Shown piece after piece: positions 51,275-64,000 of a DNA stretch of 64,000 nucleotides. How positions within the stretch are numbered: the first letter of the stretch is position 1; every line of letters begins with the position of its first letter. Source of the stretch: Sphagnum compactum (Eukaryota). The notes beneath the pieces are model-generated. The model did no database searches and was not told where the DNA came from. It saw only the letters and a list, made by a program, of their open reading frames with translations. The translations under genes were made by a program, and so were the position numbers. The stretch lies in assembly GCA_965153455.1 (NCBI GenBank), contig OZ234493.1:35144213-35208212 (forward strand), read 5' to 3'.

Positions 51275-54200
51275 GCAGGATCATAGGGCCTCAGTAGGAG
51301 AGCTATCTACAGAAGTTTCAGTGGATGGTTTCTTGTAGGTTCCTCCCATTACCATTTTACATTAGTGAGAGCACAGGCACCACATGTCTCATTCTGAGTG
51401 GCAGGCATAGCTGCTACGAGGTATATCCTGTTTTCTCCCTTCCACAGTTTCTGGTTTTGTTAGTTTCTTTTGTTGTTTGATATCACCACTACCGCTTTTG
51501 TTGACAGCACCATTAGCTTTGTGGATGTAGAGTATTACACAATGTTTACTATTCTTCTAAGCTTTGCTATCACTCTCTCTTCCTTCATGAGCCACCTTCA
51601 TGTTTCGAACCTGCAGGCTGAATCTAAGAAAAGGACAGAGTTAGAACATTTCTTCCAACAAACAGGGGACAGGAAAAGAGGAACAGAGTAGGCATGCAGG
51701 TTATTTGCCTTGAGCTTATGCTCTTGTATATAAATCTTCTGATAAACATTCTTTTTCATCTTGACTTTAGTTTTCTGCGTGTCTACAGGATTATGATGCC
51801 ACTAGATAATATTTGTTTGAATTCTCTTGAGTGGAAATCTCTCATCGTCTAGCCAAATCTGCAGAAAACTTGGAGCCTTGTTTGTATCCTTCTCTTAGTG
51901 GCACAAAACTGTGGTGGTGCTGACCACCTGTGCTAAAAATGTGTTGAGGATGTTGTCTTGAAGGACGGGAACCAAGTTATACACCTCCCTCCCGACATCA
52001 AAGAGAATTCTTCTCATGACAATGTACAACAACCCCATGGTCTGAGGAGATTGACCAAGCAAAAGCTTGTTGAGAGTAATTTGATTACACCAGAAAACAA
52101 CATGCATCCAATGTTGATATCTATAATGCCTGCAAATGGGGCCAACATGATTTGATGCAGCAAAGGGTAATAATAGCTCGACATGAAACACGTTCTTAAG
52201 GTCCTCAGCATCGAGAAATCATTCATTTTTGATATCATGTAACTTAAAAACTTGCAATAGATAGATCTTCACTTCCGGTGTTTATGAACTAGCAATCTTC
52301 ACTTCAACTCACTATTAGTTCTAGGTCAAGTGTTGGGTATAGGGTTGGTGGAATGCAATTACATGCAACTACATTCAAACCCCCATTGGAAAAAATGCAC
52401 AATGTTTCATAAGTTTTATTATTGTTTTTATTAATAAATAAGTCTTATTATTATTAACTCTAGATTTTTAACAATAGGTAGTAGAATTGTGCAACCAAGG
52501 CATGTTCTTTAGTTCAGGACGATTGAAATAAAGGTGTGAGATTTTAAAGTGATAAGAACAAAATTACATGCATTTCTCGATCATTTCATCTACTCAAAAA
52601 TACAAAGGAGGTGATTAATCCAAATTTTGGTCAAAACTCGATCATGGATTACCATAGACACAGTTGGATTCACATTGGGCTCAACATATTATTTAACTTT
52701 CTACAAAAGGCACAACAACTCTTTGTATAATATATGATGCATCTTCCATAGTTTCATTACTTTCTTCCTTGGATTGAAAAGATGCATTCATAAATATGAT
52801 TTGGGCACTATTTTAAGTTTAGAATATTGTAAAATGCTTGGATGGCTATGGTTGAAGTTAATGATTTTTTGGCCATGATGTCATTTTGCACAAAAAACTA
52901 AAAAAAGGAATTTCAAATTCCTTTCAATTTTTTTCCCCACATCTTTATTTTAAAATCATCAAAATTTGCCACAATTGCTTTAAATATGAAAAGGTGATTA
53001 AGATTTTTACTTTCATATTTTGAATATTTCCAAATTTTGCTAAATATACTTATGGATGATTGCCATTTGAGCAACATCACAAAATTGAAAAAAAAACACT
53101 AGTTGAAGTGGGCTTAGCCACTTGGAATGCCATGGGTAAGCATGAGTTAAGTAGGACTTTGATTACCCAAGATAGGATACAACTTGAATTCATCAATGAA
53201 TGGTGCATCTACCACATCTCTAATCGACATGAAATTTCCATTTGTTGAAATTTATGCCTCCTTTGTATTTAGTGTGTTTTTTTGGTAAAGGAGGTGAATT
53301 CCCCTTCCTCCCTCAAAGTTGACACACATTTTTTGCATGTCTCCATGCAGGCTACATTTGAATGGATTTCTTCTAAAAATTTCAAAGTCCATCTCCCCAA
53401 ACCAAGACATTTTTTTATCTTGTGATTTTGGGGGCACATAATTCCTAAGGAACTATACCAAATTGAATATGCAAGTACAGATTGTTGTATATCTAGTTGA
53501 GAGATTCCCAAGGTCATGTTAAGCTCCTTAATAGGATGTCATTTGACCTTCCAAATTGAAGTTTGATTGATGATGACACTTTTTGGCAAATTGTGTTCTA
53601 ATTTTTCAAACGGACATAAATTTAAGAAATTTTCTTTTGTTAAAGAATAGAAGTTCAACTTATTGTATCCTTTTTCAAAATCTTTCCAATGAGCCACAAA
53701 TCATTTGATTTGGACAAGGTTTATCTTTCCAAACCTTGTTTCAAACAATAGGACACTCTCCTTCATTTGGATTAGTGTTTCAAATTTGTCATGTTCCAAA
53801 CTTGCTTGCTTACATTTGCCCCAACCTTGGTCTCAAAACCTTTTTGAATTTATTGAAATAAAATTTCATGCAAGTAATCAAATGCAAACTACAAAAGAAC
53901 ACACCCAACCTTCAAATTCAAGCCCTTCCCCTTATGAGGCATGGTTACTAAGCCTTCATAAGCAAATGCTATAATTCCAATGCGACAATCACATGAAATT
54001 CATAAAACAATAGTTCCTCCAACACACTTCAATAATGTTACAATAATGCATTCATAAATTGCACCCATCCTCAATGCCATTCCTTATCATGAAACCAAAG
54101 TTGGATGTAATCTTAATAAACATAAAACCACAAAAAACCATAACATTCAACATTGAAATAGATCATGAAATTGCGATATTTGTCACTTGGTAAAGCAAGA

Positions 54201-54783
54201 AATTGGTGGCCTAAGGCATGACTCATATAAAAGTTAAAGTACACCATGGTGAAAAATTAGATGTGTTTGTCATTTTCCTTCTTACTGGTTTTTTACTATT
54301 AAGACCTTTCAAATCATATTCCATTTTGTATTTTGCACATTTGCCCATGATATTGTACCTACTACTAATGTTAAACATTAAATAATTTTCAGGAAGACGA
54401 GTTAGAAAAAAATAGGAAAAATTGATCTCACCTTGCCAAATTAAAAATTTCATTTCACCATGCCAACTCTTCCAAGAATTGAACCTTGACACACATAATG
54501 AATGGCACAATCCACTCCATGGGGTTACCACAATAAATTCAAGAAATTATGAAAACCTTGCATACTTATACTTGATTTTTGAAATTTTGAAATATTCAAA
54601 TTGAGATCGTTGGACCCAATTTTTTTTGAAATAATGATAGATTATCAATCCTAGGTATGATTGGTGAGTTTTCAAATGTTGTCTTTCAATCCTTAGCCTT
54701 TGAATGTTAACCCCTTGTTCTAACCACAAGGATTTTAATTATGACTATTTCTCTTCATTCCTTTCACATTGTTGTTTTTTATA

Positions 54784-55664
54784 TCTTTCCATGAAATTAG
54801 GTTGTTTGTTTGTTTTGTTTGTCACATTGAGATATCCCAAACAACTATGCTTTTCATTGTGTTTTTGGTACCATTGGAAAGCCTTCCATGAGCAGGGGAA
54901 CACCTAGGTTGTTGGGTAATGTTTAAACCTATAGTGTAAAAGTTATGAAATATTGAATAATTTTGTAAAAAGATTCAATAAAATATAAAAAATATTTTAA
55001 AAAGATTGGGGCCCTTTCTTGTTATTGTTTGGAAGCCTTCAATGAGTGGGAATTAATGGAGTTTATTATCTAATGTTTAGACCTAAGTTGTGAAAGATAT
55101 TGAATTTTGAGTAATTTTTGTAATTAAAAAATATTTTTTCACAATTGAACTTTACTTTCAAGATCTTGTTCACACGTAAAGCCATTACATATAGTTCGAT
55201 TCACATTTTGGTTAGTTGCACAAGTCACATTAATATTTAGTAAGGAAGGTAATTTGTTTGTTTTGTATGCTTATTGTGTGGAGATCTCCCAAACCATGGT
55301 ACTTTCCATTGCATTCTTGGTATCATTTGAAAGCTCTTGATGCATAGGGGTGCACCAAAATGGTTTGATAATGTTTAAACTTATGATGTAAGAGTTATTG
55401 AATATGAAACAAATTTTCCATTGAAATTCAACGAAATCAAAACAATTTTTTTGGGGGAAATTGGGGCAACATCTTGATATTGTTAGAAGGCAATTGATGG
55501 GTGGGATTTCTTGGAGGATATTTCAAAAAAATTAGATTTAAGGTAGGGGAGATATTGAATTTTGACTAATTTTCATAATTGAAAATCATTATTATTTTCT
55601 TCACAATTGGGCTTTATCATTAGGGATGAGTTCACACTTGAACCAATGGCACATGCCAAACTAA
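54784..55664 (+). mobile_element. Two adjacent degenerate copies of Helitron-like family 3 (~54784-55195 and ~55245-55664)
   Basis: Both start with a (GTTT)n-rich head followed by GAGAT(A/C)TCCCAAAC, share internal blocks, and end after GTTCACAC with a decayed CTAG-like end. They are homologous to 44866-45192. Confidence 0.5.
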
Positions 55665-55900
55665 TGCTGCAAGAACATTTATAATGTGTACAACTTGTTC
55701 CACATAATTATGTTTTCAATTTTCAAACCCAAGGTAATATTCAACAAAAAAACGTAACTAAATTGTTGTCCTAAACAGGCAATAACATGTTTTATTTTCT
55801 AATATTATGTACTTTAAATTGGGAGTTACCTACAAAATATGTAGGTAAGACAATGAATTTCCTTTTAACATTGGAATAAACCCAATTTCATTAACTTTTA

Positions 55901-56208
55901 TATCACAAATTTAACATCTTATAAATTAGTAATGAAAATCGTGCAAAATTCGTTCATTCATAATTTGTACGTTTCATGTATTGATATTGTGCATTGAATT
56001 ATTTTTTAATATACATATTTGTTGGAAGATGCGAAATTCATGTGACATTCATTCATTAAAAAATTTATATTTCATTTGTTAACATATTAATCTGTATGTT
56101 GAACGTGTTTTCAACACATGATATTCATATGTAAAATGTACAAACTTATGAATGAACGAACTTTGCATAATTTTCATTATTAATTTGTCACATGCTAAAT
56201 TTGTGATA
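55901..56208. mobile_element. Fold-back MITE with long TIRs and TA flanks (Stowaway/Mariner-like)
   Basis: TATCACAAATTTAACAT..AAATTAGTAATGAAAATCGTGCAAAATTCGTTCATTCATAATTTGTAC at the left end is mirrored for >75 bp at the right end. TA at 55899-55900 and 56209-56210. Confidence 0.78.
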
Positions 56209-57569
56209 TATTATATGTTATAACTTGTCAATTTTTTGATGATTGAATTGTCTCTTCATCTTTTGTAGATTTAGTTGTATTTAAACAAAATTAAACTAAA
56301 TACTAATGTTGGTTTGTTACTTGGATCTGCAATGATAACATAAATTTCAAATTATTAATGATTTGCTAAGGAACCTAGTCAATGTTGTTGCATAGTATAA
56401 ATAATGTAGTTGACACCAATGTGTGCCACAAAATGTTTACATAATTTAATAGTAGAAAAAAATGTGGTTTAACAATTGAGATTTGAAAATTTGAAATCTT
56501 GATAGTTGAAAAACAAAGTTGGAATTTTCATAAGCTTTGCACATCAACATGTTAGAACAAATTACACTATTGTTAAAGTAAAAACTACACTAGAACAATA
56601 GAAGGATGTGAATGCAAATCTTGTAAAGTATTCGGCTATAAGTTTTTAGAGTAAACACAGAACACCTTAAATCAAGGAATGTAGCCTCATTGAAAGGAGG
56701 AAGCAACTTGTAATAGTCACTAATAATTGAAACCACCAATGATTAACATTCGCTTGTTAAGACATGATCATTATCAAATTGCACATTAGTTAAAGAATTG
56801 TCTAAGGCCTTCATTACAAGTTTGCAAATGCCTTGGATAGATTTCCTTTGAGAAATACTAATTATCATTAGCTACAATAACATGCTATTCTTAACCCAAA
56901 ATATTGCAATTTCAATGCAAAAAACTATTTCTTGCAAAAAAAATTAATTCACTTGTCAATTACCATTGAAAACTCTCTTAAATAAGTTGATCTGCACATT
57001 ATAAAATGCCAAATCAAAATGAATAGATTTCACTCAAACCTTGTAATAAAGCAATTTACACTCCCTTATGTCAATTTCCAACAAAGCAAATTTGCTGACT
57101 ACAAAAAAGTTACAAAATTGTGGGAAATTTAATACCTAAGCTAGTTTTCCTATAAACTAGAGAGCATTAAGTTTACAGTTTTCAGAAAGTTGAATGGCAA
57201 TCATACTGTGTTAATTGCCTAAGCAGTTCGACAACATACCGCTACATGCACTGGACTTCACATTCAAGGAGTCTCTTTCGCACATCACTGCATCTATACC
57301 AAAGGACATAGCACACAATTTCAGTGGATTTTCACATTTAAAAAGCCACTTTTTCCGAGCACTATTTCAGGCCTGTTGCCTATAGTTCAGTACAGTGTCA
57401 ATTGCCTGCAATTTTTTCTGCAGTGCAACTTTTTCTTTGTGCCTTATTTCTGAGATCTGATGAGAATCCACCCAAAAAAATTAGGTCAAAACTTTTTCGA
57501 CATTACTTCAGTAGTGTCCGATAAATGTCCTGCACAAGTTCTAGAAAAGCACCCATTGAAGTCACTCTC

Positions 57570-57572
<3 letters not shown>

Positions 57573-57614
<42 letters not shown>
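57573..57614. repeat. (GA)n microsatellite just downstream of the ERO1 stop codon
   Basis: About 21 GA units. Confidence 0.95.
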
Positions 57615-57617
<3 letters not shown>

Positions 57618-57722
57618 ATTTGAATTTGCAAATTTGCACCAAGAACTTGCAAAATGCAACCACTGTGTTTTTTAGTGCTACCTGAAAGAATGGATAGATC
57701 TTGAATTGACAATTGAACCAGC

Positions 57723-60700
57723 TTACATTCCGTCAAACAAACTGTGAAGACTTCTGACTGATTCATCTTCCTCCTGTAGAAACCATTTACTCTTGCTCTC
57801 ATTTGGTAATCCTAAACCCCCACTGGAGACTCGAGTTAGGAGACTATTAGAGTGTTTGGCCACATGTGCCATTTCGTGCACCAGTTCCAATGATTCTGAT
57901 AGTCTGGAGAGGAGATTTACCAATGCTATCACCTCATTCCGCTGTAAATCCAGCTGAAAACCCAACAAAAATCCCCCAGAAAAAGGAAAATGTGAGTGCC
58001 ACTGAACTGCATCTGAGGATTATATACCTATTTCCATCCATAGACATACAGCAAATATGAGAGAAGAGAAAAGAAACAGAGTTACCCAAGCTTTGGAGCT
58101 CCCATAAACTACTCAGCACTTACTGTGTGGGCAGATGAATCCTGACCCTCAACAGAGAAGAGGATTTTGAGCGCAGTGCCCAATCCCAGGATTTGGAGTT
58201 TTCCCCATAACCGACACTTCTCACATCCAACACAATCCATCAATGCACTGCCACAGGAAAACCATTGGCCACAGTGTCAGTAGTTCACCGTAAACCACAC
58301 AAGACCTTTAGCACATCTGTGGGACTACTAGACACATGCTAACATATCATATGAGATTGCAAATAAATCTCCACAACAGCACTTTGAAGGTAACATAACA
58401 ATGAGTGCAGTCATAACCTTGTGGGAGTCACTCACAAAGCATCAGACCATAGCAGTGATAAGGTACTACCCACTGACTTCATCAGCTCCTGATATGAGTG
58501 TAGATAAGTATAGAACATGATAACACTACATCTTGTGCTGGGAGCACTTTACCCCAGCAGAAACAGTAACATCAACATGGCCATTGCCAATATTGTTACA
58601 AACAAAGCATTTTCTACTTAAGCAATGGCTACAGAAGGGTCTCAGAAACCTTGTCCAAACTCTTCCTTTAATAGCTGCAAATTGTACTCATGAGTAAGAA
58701 TGAAAGGTGCTACCTGATGTTTCGAAAGTGGTTCTGAAGTTGCTGCTTGAGTTCAGCACCATCAGAACCACGCCACATCTGGGCCTCATCAAAAGGTATG
58801 GGGCAGGCAGTTCGCAGGCGCTGACAGTTCACCAATCTTCTCACAAGTTCCTGAGTTTCTTGATCCTCTGCACCATTGCCTGTACTATACTCTGCTTGTG
58901 ACAAGTATGCCTCAGCCTGATTGCCCACCAATCAAAAAGAGTGTACTTTAGCTTGGATGTTAGTTACAGACAGCAAACTCACCAATTGCTTGCCAGTCAC
59001 AACAGTACAAAGATTAGGGATTTCTCAATATCCTCTTCACCTTTAGCAGGTGCTCATATACATTCAAAAGCTGCACATAGGAGAAAGAGCTAAGCATGGG
59101 TAGTGGAGGATAAACCAACGAATGCCACATATGCTAGGAACAGAAAAATTGCACACCTTTGTTACAGCCCGCAAAACAAAAAGGAATGTGAAGTAGAGAT
59201 TCTGTACACGCTCAGGATGCATCAGCACACGGTCATGCATTATCCCATAATTCTTGCCCCACTGAACAAACACCAAAACAAAAGCTTTGTTACCAACACA
59301 GGACTCTTTGTACTATGTGAACAAAAGAATATCTAATTGTTAGCCTAGTTGCATGGAAATCCTATGTACATTATGTGGTAGTCAAGAATACCCCTAGCTT
59401 GCGTGGTACACACCTAGGCCCTGCAGTTGGTGCACCAAGGTAACAGAGAGTACTCTGCAATGCTTGTGCAGACCAATATCAAATATCCCCGCAATCTGTT
59501 TCTTCTGTCTACTCTTTGGTCATAATCAGGCCCTTCCTGACAACTGCTGTAGGCTTGACTGAGAAATAAAACCAGACAGATGTGACTAGAGGAAGCCACT
59601 GCCCCAATGCCTACCTCTTTATTTGGCTACAAAAGTTCCATCCCTTATTTTTTCACCTAGTTCAGACTCTTTTCTGCCTGGTGGTCCTAGGCATTTGCAC
59701 CCACATATATCTCTGACAAATCATGTCAATTTTGCACAATTTACGCATTTTTACACACCTTAGCTGTGGCCTCATCAAGCAGATAATCTCCAGCAATGTG
59801 GGCGGATATGGAAGTATGAAGGCCTGATATAAGCCTGTAGAATACACGCCTCTCAGCACATGTATCTCTCTCCCCATCTGCAACAAATTTGGAGAAAAAG
59901 AGTTAGCTGCAGTAGTTGACCTATCAAATTGCACTTTCAAGGGAAAAAAATCCCAGTAGGCAACCTGACAAATTGCAACCCATCTTCAAACTCTCTATTA
60001 ACAATCTCTGAAGATGACTTGCATCTAGGCCTTCATTTGACTAGACTACAAGAGCTTCTTCCCAGGTGTCCCACTGACACCATCCAGCCAACTACATTGA
60101 ACATTGAGCTGTGAAGGGGACATAATATAGTAGGCACCAGTTCTCAGCTGCAAATGAGAAGTAGGATGCCCTAAATACTTGCACTGTACTATCTTTCTCT
60201 AACCAACCCTCCTCTGCACAACATGTAGACATGCGACCAATTGGAACCTGATTAGGAAGCTGGTATGACACTGACAAGCCTATTGACTCAAAACAACAGA
60301 TATGTAAAATGCATCTTCTGACATTAAATCTTGAGCAGTGCAATAGTGGACATTGTTGTGCTATTTCACTGGAAATGCGGTCAAAATCCTGCCCCCACAC
60401 CTTTAATATCTGTATAGAAAGTGTCAAAACACAACCTTTGAAGCAATTCTGATTGTATACAGCCTCCCATATTTGTCGTGCTGATACTCCTGTGTAGCCC
60501 GTATATTTCTCAGGATTCAGCAACAAGTTAACATAGGTAATGTCTCCTGAAAATGAACACCACCACGCCTTTCAAAAACTTGCATCAATGTCATAGCAGG
60601 ATGGTTGTGCCCTTCAACTGAGCACCTATACCAGAAAGATCTTGAGAACCACAATCAAAGAAACATATCAAAGACTACATCATACTCTTTACAGATCAGG

Positions 60701-62607
60701 TACAGAATCACCTCCAAAAGTCAATACACAAATATCTCCTCATTCTACACCCCTACTCATCCCAGTTAAGTGCTTCAAACACAATAGACTTTGAAGTGCA
60801 GTGCTCTCGCCTTTTGTGTGGCCCTCTGTATTAGATCAGAGTTGCCAGAGCTGGAAACAAAGGAGATGTTCAGCCATGGAACAACTTACCATTCTCTGTC
60901 TCATCGTCATAAGTCCAGGGGTTGTCACTCTCTGTCCAACCTTGAAATGCTTGTGCATCCAGAGTGCGATCTACAACCCCTTGAGGTTTTCCCTCCTGAC
61001 ATGTCAAGTGGTCTGAAGCAAGGCCTTTAAGGGTTGCTGGAAACTCATTCTCTGGACACTCACAAACACTGCAATCACGCAGCCGGCACATGCCATCATC
61101 TGGCCAGAATGGACAATCACACCACAGCCTTACCTGCAATCAACCGCACCCACAGTGCACTCTGAATACACACACACACCCGTCTTGCAGCATCAGGAGA
61201 ACAACAGTGAGTGAGCATCCTGGTGGAAGGAATCCCACAGAACTGAAGTGAGCTCCATAGTGTACCAAAAGAAGAATGGTTCACAGCTGCAGCTCTCACA
61301 TGTAACAAACTTAAGATTCTGTCTGTATCCAACAGGCATTGCAATTCATGGCCAGAATAGAACCACTTCCGAGAACACTTTGCAGAAAAGGTACAGAGAA
61401 TAACATGAATCTCAAACCACCTTAGCAAGTGACTGTTTCTCAACACATCAAGCTGCTAAGAGTGTAGTGGTCACAGGGCAAGCCACCTTGCAAGAGTGGC
61501 TGCTTTGGGGAGGAGGGAAAGCGATGAAATCATGCTTTTCAGATTGTCAGCTGACAGTTCAAACTAAACAGCAAATATGAGAGAAGTGAACACAATCAGC
61601 TATGATGGGTTGCGCAAGCCAACAATCATCAAAAAGGACAGCCACACCAAAACCCCACTCATCCATACCACTTGCTGGAAAAGATGACCCACAGAGCTGC
61701 ACACATGTGCGCTTATTAGAACATATGCCAAGAAATCAGGTCATTGAGATTGCAAGCCATCTGGTGATGGACCAGAGGTGTACCTTGAAGTAGCGAAAGA
61801 AAGGAGTTTTCACAAGTTTCTGAAGAATGCCATGCAGAAACTCTTTGTTCAAAGAATCAACGGTTGCATAGTCACAGCAGCAATCCTCGACAACTCCCTG
61901 GAACTCATTCAAACCCTGCAGCACCCTTACCCTGCCTCACTCCATGGACTAAAATAAACAAACAACCTGATCAAGAATTGGATGCAGCAGCAAGAAAAGC
62001 AGCAATTGCACTGCTGCTGCACTTCTCCATGACAATGGAGGAGTTGGGCATCTGGTAGGATTGTAACACGCAATTTCCACATCCCTGGCAAATTGGCAGA
62101 GGCTAGAAAGAAGAACAGAGCCCCAGAAAGCTTCTGTTCGCCATATTTCCATCTTTAAACTAAGGTCTAAAAGAGAAAGACAAATGTCTGCTGCTGCAAT
62201 TCTTCTTCTTCTGCTGCTGCTGCAAATGGAACTCTTAGTCTGCTGCAAATCCAGATCCAAACAGATGCTTTCTTCCACACTTTCCATGCAACAGACTTCA
62301 ACCCTAATCACAAAACGCAAAGGGGTTTGCTGGTTTTTCTTCAGTGTTTTGCATTGAGGATCCATACCTGACAGCCACACGAGGACCTGGTGCTGCCGTC
62401 TCCTCTTCCTACTCCTATCCCTATTCCCCGCAGGAGAGGAGATTGTTGCGCAAACCATCGCAGCTGAGGCCGTTGTTGGTAAGCCACACCAACAGACAGA
62501 AGTAGTACCAGAGTTGCTACCAGAATTCGCTTCCATGGGGCCCATCCCTGCCTCTTCCGTCTCTTCTCTTCCTCTCCCTCTATCTGCTCTGAAACTTCTG
62601 CACTCAT
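57723..62607 (-). CDS. ERO1: Endoplasmic reticulum oxidoreductin 1; exons 62607-62368, 61915-61784, 61133-60890, 60546-60436, 59877-59759, 59261-59157, 58916-58714, 58247-58124, 57953-57723
   Basis: N-terminal hydrophobic anchor, then [42 protein letters not shown] (shuttle cysteines), [49 protein letters not shown] (CxxCxxC active site) and [11 protein letters not shown]. Introns are GT-AG and in phase. Confidence 0.96.
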
Positions 62608-62995
62608 CTTCTTCTTTTTCTTCCCACTACCTACACAACAATTTCTCCTCTCTCTCTAGTGTAAGTACTATGTGTCTTCCGGACAGATCCACCGGATTCT
62701 CAGAAGAACAAAATTCGACACAATCTTATGAGACGGAAACTGCAAAAACGCAGTGCTAATGTGAGTCCAGCTGTTTGCAACAATGAACGAAATGCTCATA
62801 GCTTCTTCCTCCTCCTGTGTTGTTATTGCAAGTCGGTTGCAAACGCGTTTGTTTTCTCCTCTTTCTGTGCGTCGTAAGCTTTGCGAATTTCTCTTGTCAG
62901 GATGGCGACAATCGAGTACAACAATCGTCATAAAAGTCCTTGCACGGACATCGGAGCACATGAAGATTCTATTGCGCTACGGATAAGTCGGGGCC

Positions 62996-64000
62996 ATGAT
63001 CATTGCTGAGGAGGAGGAGGAGGAGAAGGAAGAAGGAGGCTTGAATCCCTCTTATGCTTCTAAGTTCTCTCTCTCTCTTCTGGGATTGCAGCAGAACATT
63101 TGCTTTGACATTCGGGGCAAGAAACAGCAGTGGCAGCTACTGCTGCGGGAGCTGACTAATGTGCGGGGAAGGCGAATGTCATCGTCCGTGTCTCCGTCGT
63201 GGTGGGCTCCATTTGCTGCAGCAGCCTCGCCGGAAGGGAGGAAGTATCTGCTACGACAAGTCGGGTTTTCCACCACCACGTCGTCGTCGTCGTTGTCGCA
63301 CCAACAGCTGCGTGACAAGCATTCATGTTGCCTTGGTGGCGATCTCGTAATGGTCGTGTGAGGTCATCACCGCCGACCAACGCAGAGTTCGACGTTCATG
63401 AAGGACCGGCCGGTTGCGGTGCATCACAGCAAGGTTCCAATCTTGAGTTCCTTTGCAACTCTTTGAGAGGCGACACTAGGTTTCAAGGGTTCTTACAACA
63501 ACTGGATTTGTGAGGGAGAAAAAGGAGATGCAAGAAGCAAGCTCCAGGCCATCAAGTTTTAAATCAGAAATGGATTGTGAAGAAGAAGGAAGAAGCAGAA
63601 GAAGATCCCTGAATCACCTTTGCAACAGTTTCTGAGGCTCTTGTACCAAATCCACGCAGGGTTTCAAGGGTTCTCACAAAATGAATTTGTGAAGGAGAAG
63701 AAGAAGAAGAAGAAGATACAAGAAATCTCCGGGCCATCAAGTTTCAAATCAGAGATGGATTGTGAAGGAGACTTGAAGATGGAAGAAGCTCCAGGAAAAA
63801 GGGCCATCGAGTTTCAAATCAGAGATAGATTGTGAAGGAGGCTTGAAGATGTAAAAAAGCTCCAGGGAAAAAAGGCCTTCAATTCAGAAACCATGAGAAG
63901 AAGCTCAAAAGGCAAGGACAAGAGGCATCTGCAAGTTTGATACCGGGAACTAACTCAGCACAGCAGCCCATTTGCAAATGGAAGCTAAAACTTTGTCAGT
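62996..64000 (+). pseudogene. Frameshifted coding-like region with internal repeats, divergent from ERO1; product unknown, runs off the window
   Basis: Successive short ORFs in changing frames (62996-63361, 63325-63513, 63620-63835) in GC-rich sequence. The repeat GGCCATC(A/G)AGTTT(T/C)AAATCAGA..T(G/A)GATTGTGAAG occurs at ~63547, 63732 and 63802. Confidence 0.35.

Noticed and set aside
51895-52238. Short overlapping ORFs downstream of the Dof gene
   Set aside because: No recognisable domain or splice context.
57682-57726. Extra terminal intron in ERO1
   Set aside because: It would be only 45 nt, and the protein ends GM* either way.

Overview
Eukaryotic, intron-rich plant genomic DNA. A bryophyte such as Sphagnum is my inference from gene style and repeat content; it is not proven. 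Six multi-exon genes could be assembled by hand from GT-AG boundaries: RPS27 (+), a divergent mitochondrial ATP synthase subunit d (-), a DUF2306-like membrane protein (+), HCF101 (+), a CDF-type Dof transcription factor (+) and ERO1 (-). The rest is AT-rich DNA with decayed transposons: a hAT, a Ty3/Gypsy, a PIF1 plus endonuclease Helitron-like remnant and several MITEs. The most unusual structure is at 1-4225, a head-to-tail array of two non-autonomous Helitron families on the minus strand. Several units carry a different 280-360 bp insert at a G-rich site, each flanked by a ~21-bp duplication, giving a repeat-spacer-like architecture. No prokaryotic CRISPR array, rRNA or tRNA was recognised. 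All coordinates were read by eye and no database searches were run.
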